64,000 bases of DNA from IMG/VR virus record IMGVR_UViG_3300002930_000508, positions 4,482-68,481 of that record. The stretch is one strand, 5' to 3'. Source of the stretch: a virus (Duplodnaviria; Caudoviricetes). Position 1 is the first letter of the stretch. Every line of letters begins with the position of its first letter. Both the position numbers and the translations under genes were made by a program. Below the pieces are notes generated by a model. That model did no database searches and was not told the origin of the DNA. It saw nothing but the letters and a program-made list of their open reading frames with translations. This document shows positions 63,001-64,000 of the stretch, piece by piece.

Positions 63001-64000
63001 CACATGATTGGTGGTGGTGCTGGCGGAGCAACTGCTGCTGTATCTGGAAATAACCGGGCTGCTGGAGGTGGAGGTGGAGGTGGTGGATACACGGCAATTA
63101 CAAATTTTACAGTAACAGCAAGCCCAACTAGCTATCAAATTGGTGGCGGGGGCGCAGGTAATGCTAGTGGTACAGCTACTACTTTTAATATTACTAATAT
63201 TGCTGGCGGTGGATTAGTTGGTACAGCTTCTATAGTTCCTTCATCTACTGGCGGTGCTGGCGGTACAGGAACAAACGCTGGCGGTACAGGTGGTGCTGGT
63301 TCTTTTGGAACAACTGCTTCTCAAGGATATGGCGCTGGTGGTGCTGGTGGTGCTGGGGGCCCTAATGGAGTTGGTGGTGCTGGTGGAAATGGTTTTGGTT
63401 CTACAACTGCCGCTCAAATATCGGGTGGTGGTGGTGGTGGTAACGGTGGCGGTTCTGCTGGTGGAAATGCTTCTTCTGCTTTAGGTGGCACTGGTGGTAA
63501 TAACTTTGGTGGAACAGGCGGGGCTACTGGTGGCGCTGGTGCTGGTGCAGCTGGAACTTTTGGTGGCGGTGGAGCAGGCGGTGCTCTTTCTGGTAATCAA
63601 GGCGGTAACGGTGGTTCAGGCATAGATATTGCTAACACTATAGGTGGGGCTGGTGGTAAAGGTGGCGCTACAACTGGGTCAACAATAAATACAGGTGTTT
63701 ATGGTGGTGGTGGCACCGGTGGTGGCGTTAACATAGCGGGAACAGCTAGTGCCGGTAGTGCGGGTTCACAAGGTGTAATTTTTATCGTATACACCCCGTT
63801 AGCGAGAATAAGTGCATCTATTTCTGAAAGTTCTACCCTAGCCGATGCCGTTTCCGTTATTAATCAGTATTTTGGGGTATCTAGTACAGAACCAACAACT
63901 TTAGCTGATACAGAAACAACTCAAGCTAACTTTAACTCTGCCGCAACAGAACCAACAACTTTAGCTGATACAGAAACAACTCAAGCTAACTTTAACTCTG
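60058..64000 (+). CDS. Long tail fibre / adhesin-like protein, 3'-truncated (about 1314 codons in the window), absent from the ORF track
   Basis: ATG at 60058; no in-frame stop in the stretches I translated and the last bases are in the same frame; Thr/Gly/Asn-rich beta-helix-type repeats (YWAGGTGNW, YWNLAGTQNW); Gly-rich domain near 63000-63790. Confidence 0.8.
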   Translation, partial: MAISFVAAGTDVTPSGGNLSIPVPSGVAAADLLIAVVTTGAITVTTPTGWTQLFFYQTAAPYTYIFYKYASASETTLVIATASTQAKAVMLAYRGGGAFQVVPTVATGTGTTATPNAVTTTYANDYIISLYTTSNAAATWTANGSTTSRVNSAATASFNGILVADEAQDSIGSSTPRGATLSVSRAWVAVAIGLIESGRTLYWAGGTGNWDTSTTTNWSPVSALSFTASCSGSALTTTGSPALVVGMRVWSSTNAFLGFITSGSANSWVVSIGGTYASQTMTAATTGVVQPSAWDNVIINTASSVGTITLTNAVCQDLTVTASQALTMGTSVNDRLSLFGSMSLPSGGSFGIYGFSWFITFAATTTGKTITTNGKALPGIIFNGVGGGWTLGSDLTMGNASASTITFTNGTFNTGNFNITSVLSGFVYSATGTVTLNLGSSTIALGNTAPWPFGTTTGLTFNANTSTINFTSGAGFTFAGGGLTYYNVTLNSAGATASNTNTFTGANTFNNLTFTAPTSGGYIQTTFNANQVINGTLTAGGATATNRVWLKSTTTGTARTFTSAAVSLSNTDFTDITGAGAAAPFTGTNLGNATGNSGITFTTAKIVYWNLAGTQNWNANGWALSSGGTPAVGNFPLPQDTCVFDNAGAITQITINAIWNIGTVDMSNRTSAMTFNTGNASNSPSIYGDWKNGSGTTLTGLSTGAINFVGRNTQSITSASKTFGQPVTISSLGGTVQFVDAFSLLGTVPLTLSLGGLNTNSQSVSIGTFASNFGNVRTITLGSSTITVSGTGSAWAFSSTNGTVNAASSTIILSDNSTTTRSFDGGVYTYGTLTIGGATSTSITQISSVVGGATFATINTTKTVAHTIQLGGQINVTNWEITGTAGNVVTLASTLVGSRRVLNYIGSSTAVSMDYMSITDIDGRPSTSATQPYVWYAGANSTNGGSNTGIAFIASTFRAYLLTTGTQWTIPSDWNDASNTIHMIGGGAGGATAAVSGNNRAAGGGGGGGGYTAITNFTVTASPTSYQIGGGGAGNASGTATTFNITNIAGGGLVGTASIVPSSTGGAGGTGTNAGGTGGAGSFGTTASQGYGAGGAGGAGGPNGVGGAGGNGFGSTTAAQISGGGGGGNGGGSAGGNASSALGGTGGNNFGGTGGATGGAGAGAAGTFGGGGAGGALSGNQGGNGGSGIDIANTIGGAGGKGGATTGSTINTGVYGGGGTGGGVNIAGTASAGSAGSQGVIFIVYTPLARISASISESSTLADAVSVINQYFGVSSTEPTTLADTETTQANFNSAATEPTTLADTETTQANFNS
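63886..64000 (+). repeat. Perfect 60-bp in-frame tandem repeat (TEPTTLADTETTQANFNSAA)
   Basis: 63886-63945 is identical to 63946-64000 as far as the window extends. Confidence 0.9.

Noticed and set aside
1-64000. tRNA genes, integrase, reverse transcriptase/DGR
   Set aside because: No cloverleaf in the intergenic gaps I examined; no tyrosine or serine recombinase or YADD-type motifs in the translated ORFs. A tRNAscan or HMM run would be needed to be certain

Overview
Most of the genome of a P22-like podovirus-type tailed phage, probably from freshwater. A betaproteobacterial host is a weak inference. The window opens inside the endolysin and ends inside a tail fibre. Order: (+) endolysin, tail hub and ejection proteins including a 3029-aa polyvalent protein (1-17.9 kb); (-) replication and middle genes (primase-helicase, SSB, SNF2 helicase, PD-(D/E)XK nuclease, Leu762-type PolA, glycosyltransferase, VRR-NUC, DUF3150-VWA-AAA module) and small early genes (17.8-41.8 kb); a repeat-rich non-coding switch region with a stand-alone 44-aa gene (41.8-42.9 kb); (+) terminase, portal, GroES, scaffold, Mu gpT-like capsid, an antisense 4-gene cassette with an HslV-like protease, small basic proteins, neck/tail genes and tail fibre (42.9-64 kb). 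I saw no integrase, tRNA, CRISPR array or reverse transcriptase. The strongest unexplained signals are: six copies of a 16-bp palindromic operator across the early region; a symmetric inverted-repeat element around an AT-rich core; a three-helix double-pseudoknot RNA; a palindrome-laden promoter driving an amphipathic micro-protein; a recurrent hydrophobic-x-x-GG motif in internal virion proteins; a 21-bp-repeat-bounded gene-cassette array; and an HNH gene that split its target gene and supplies a replacement N-terminus. All family calls come from motif recognition by eye, with no database searches.
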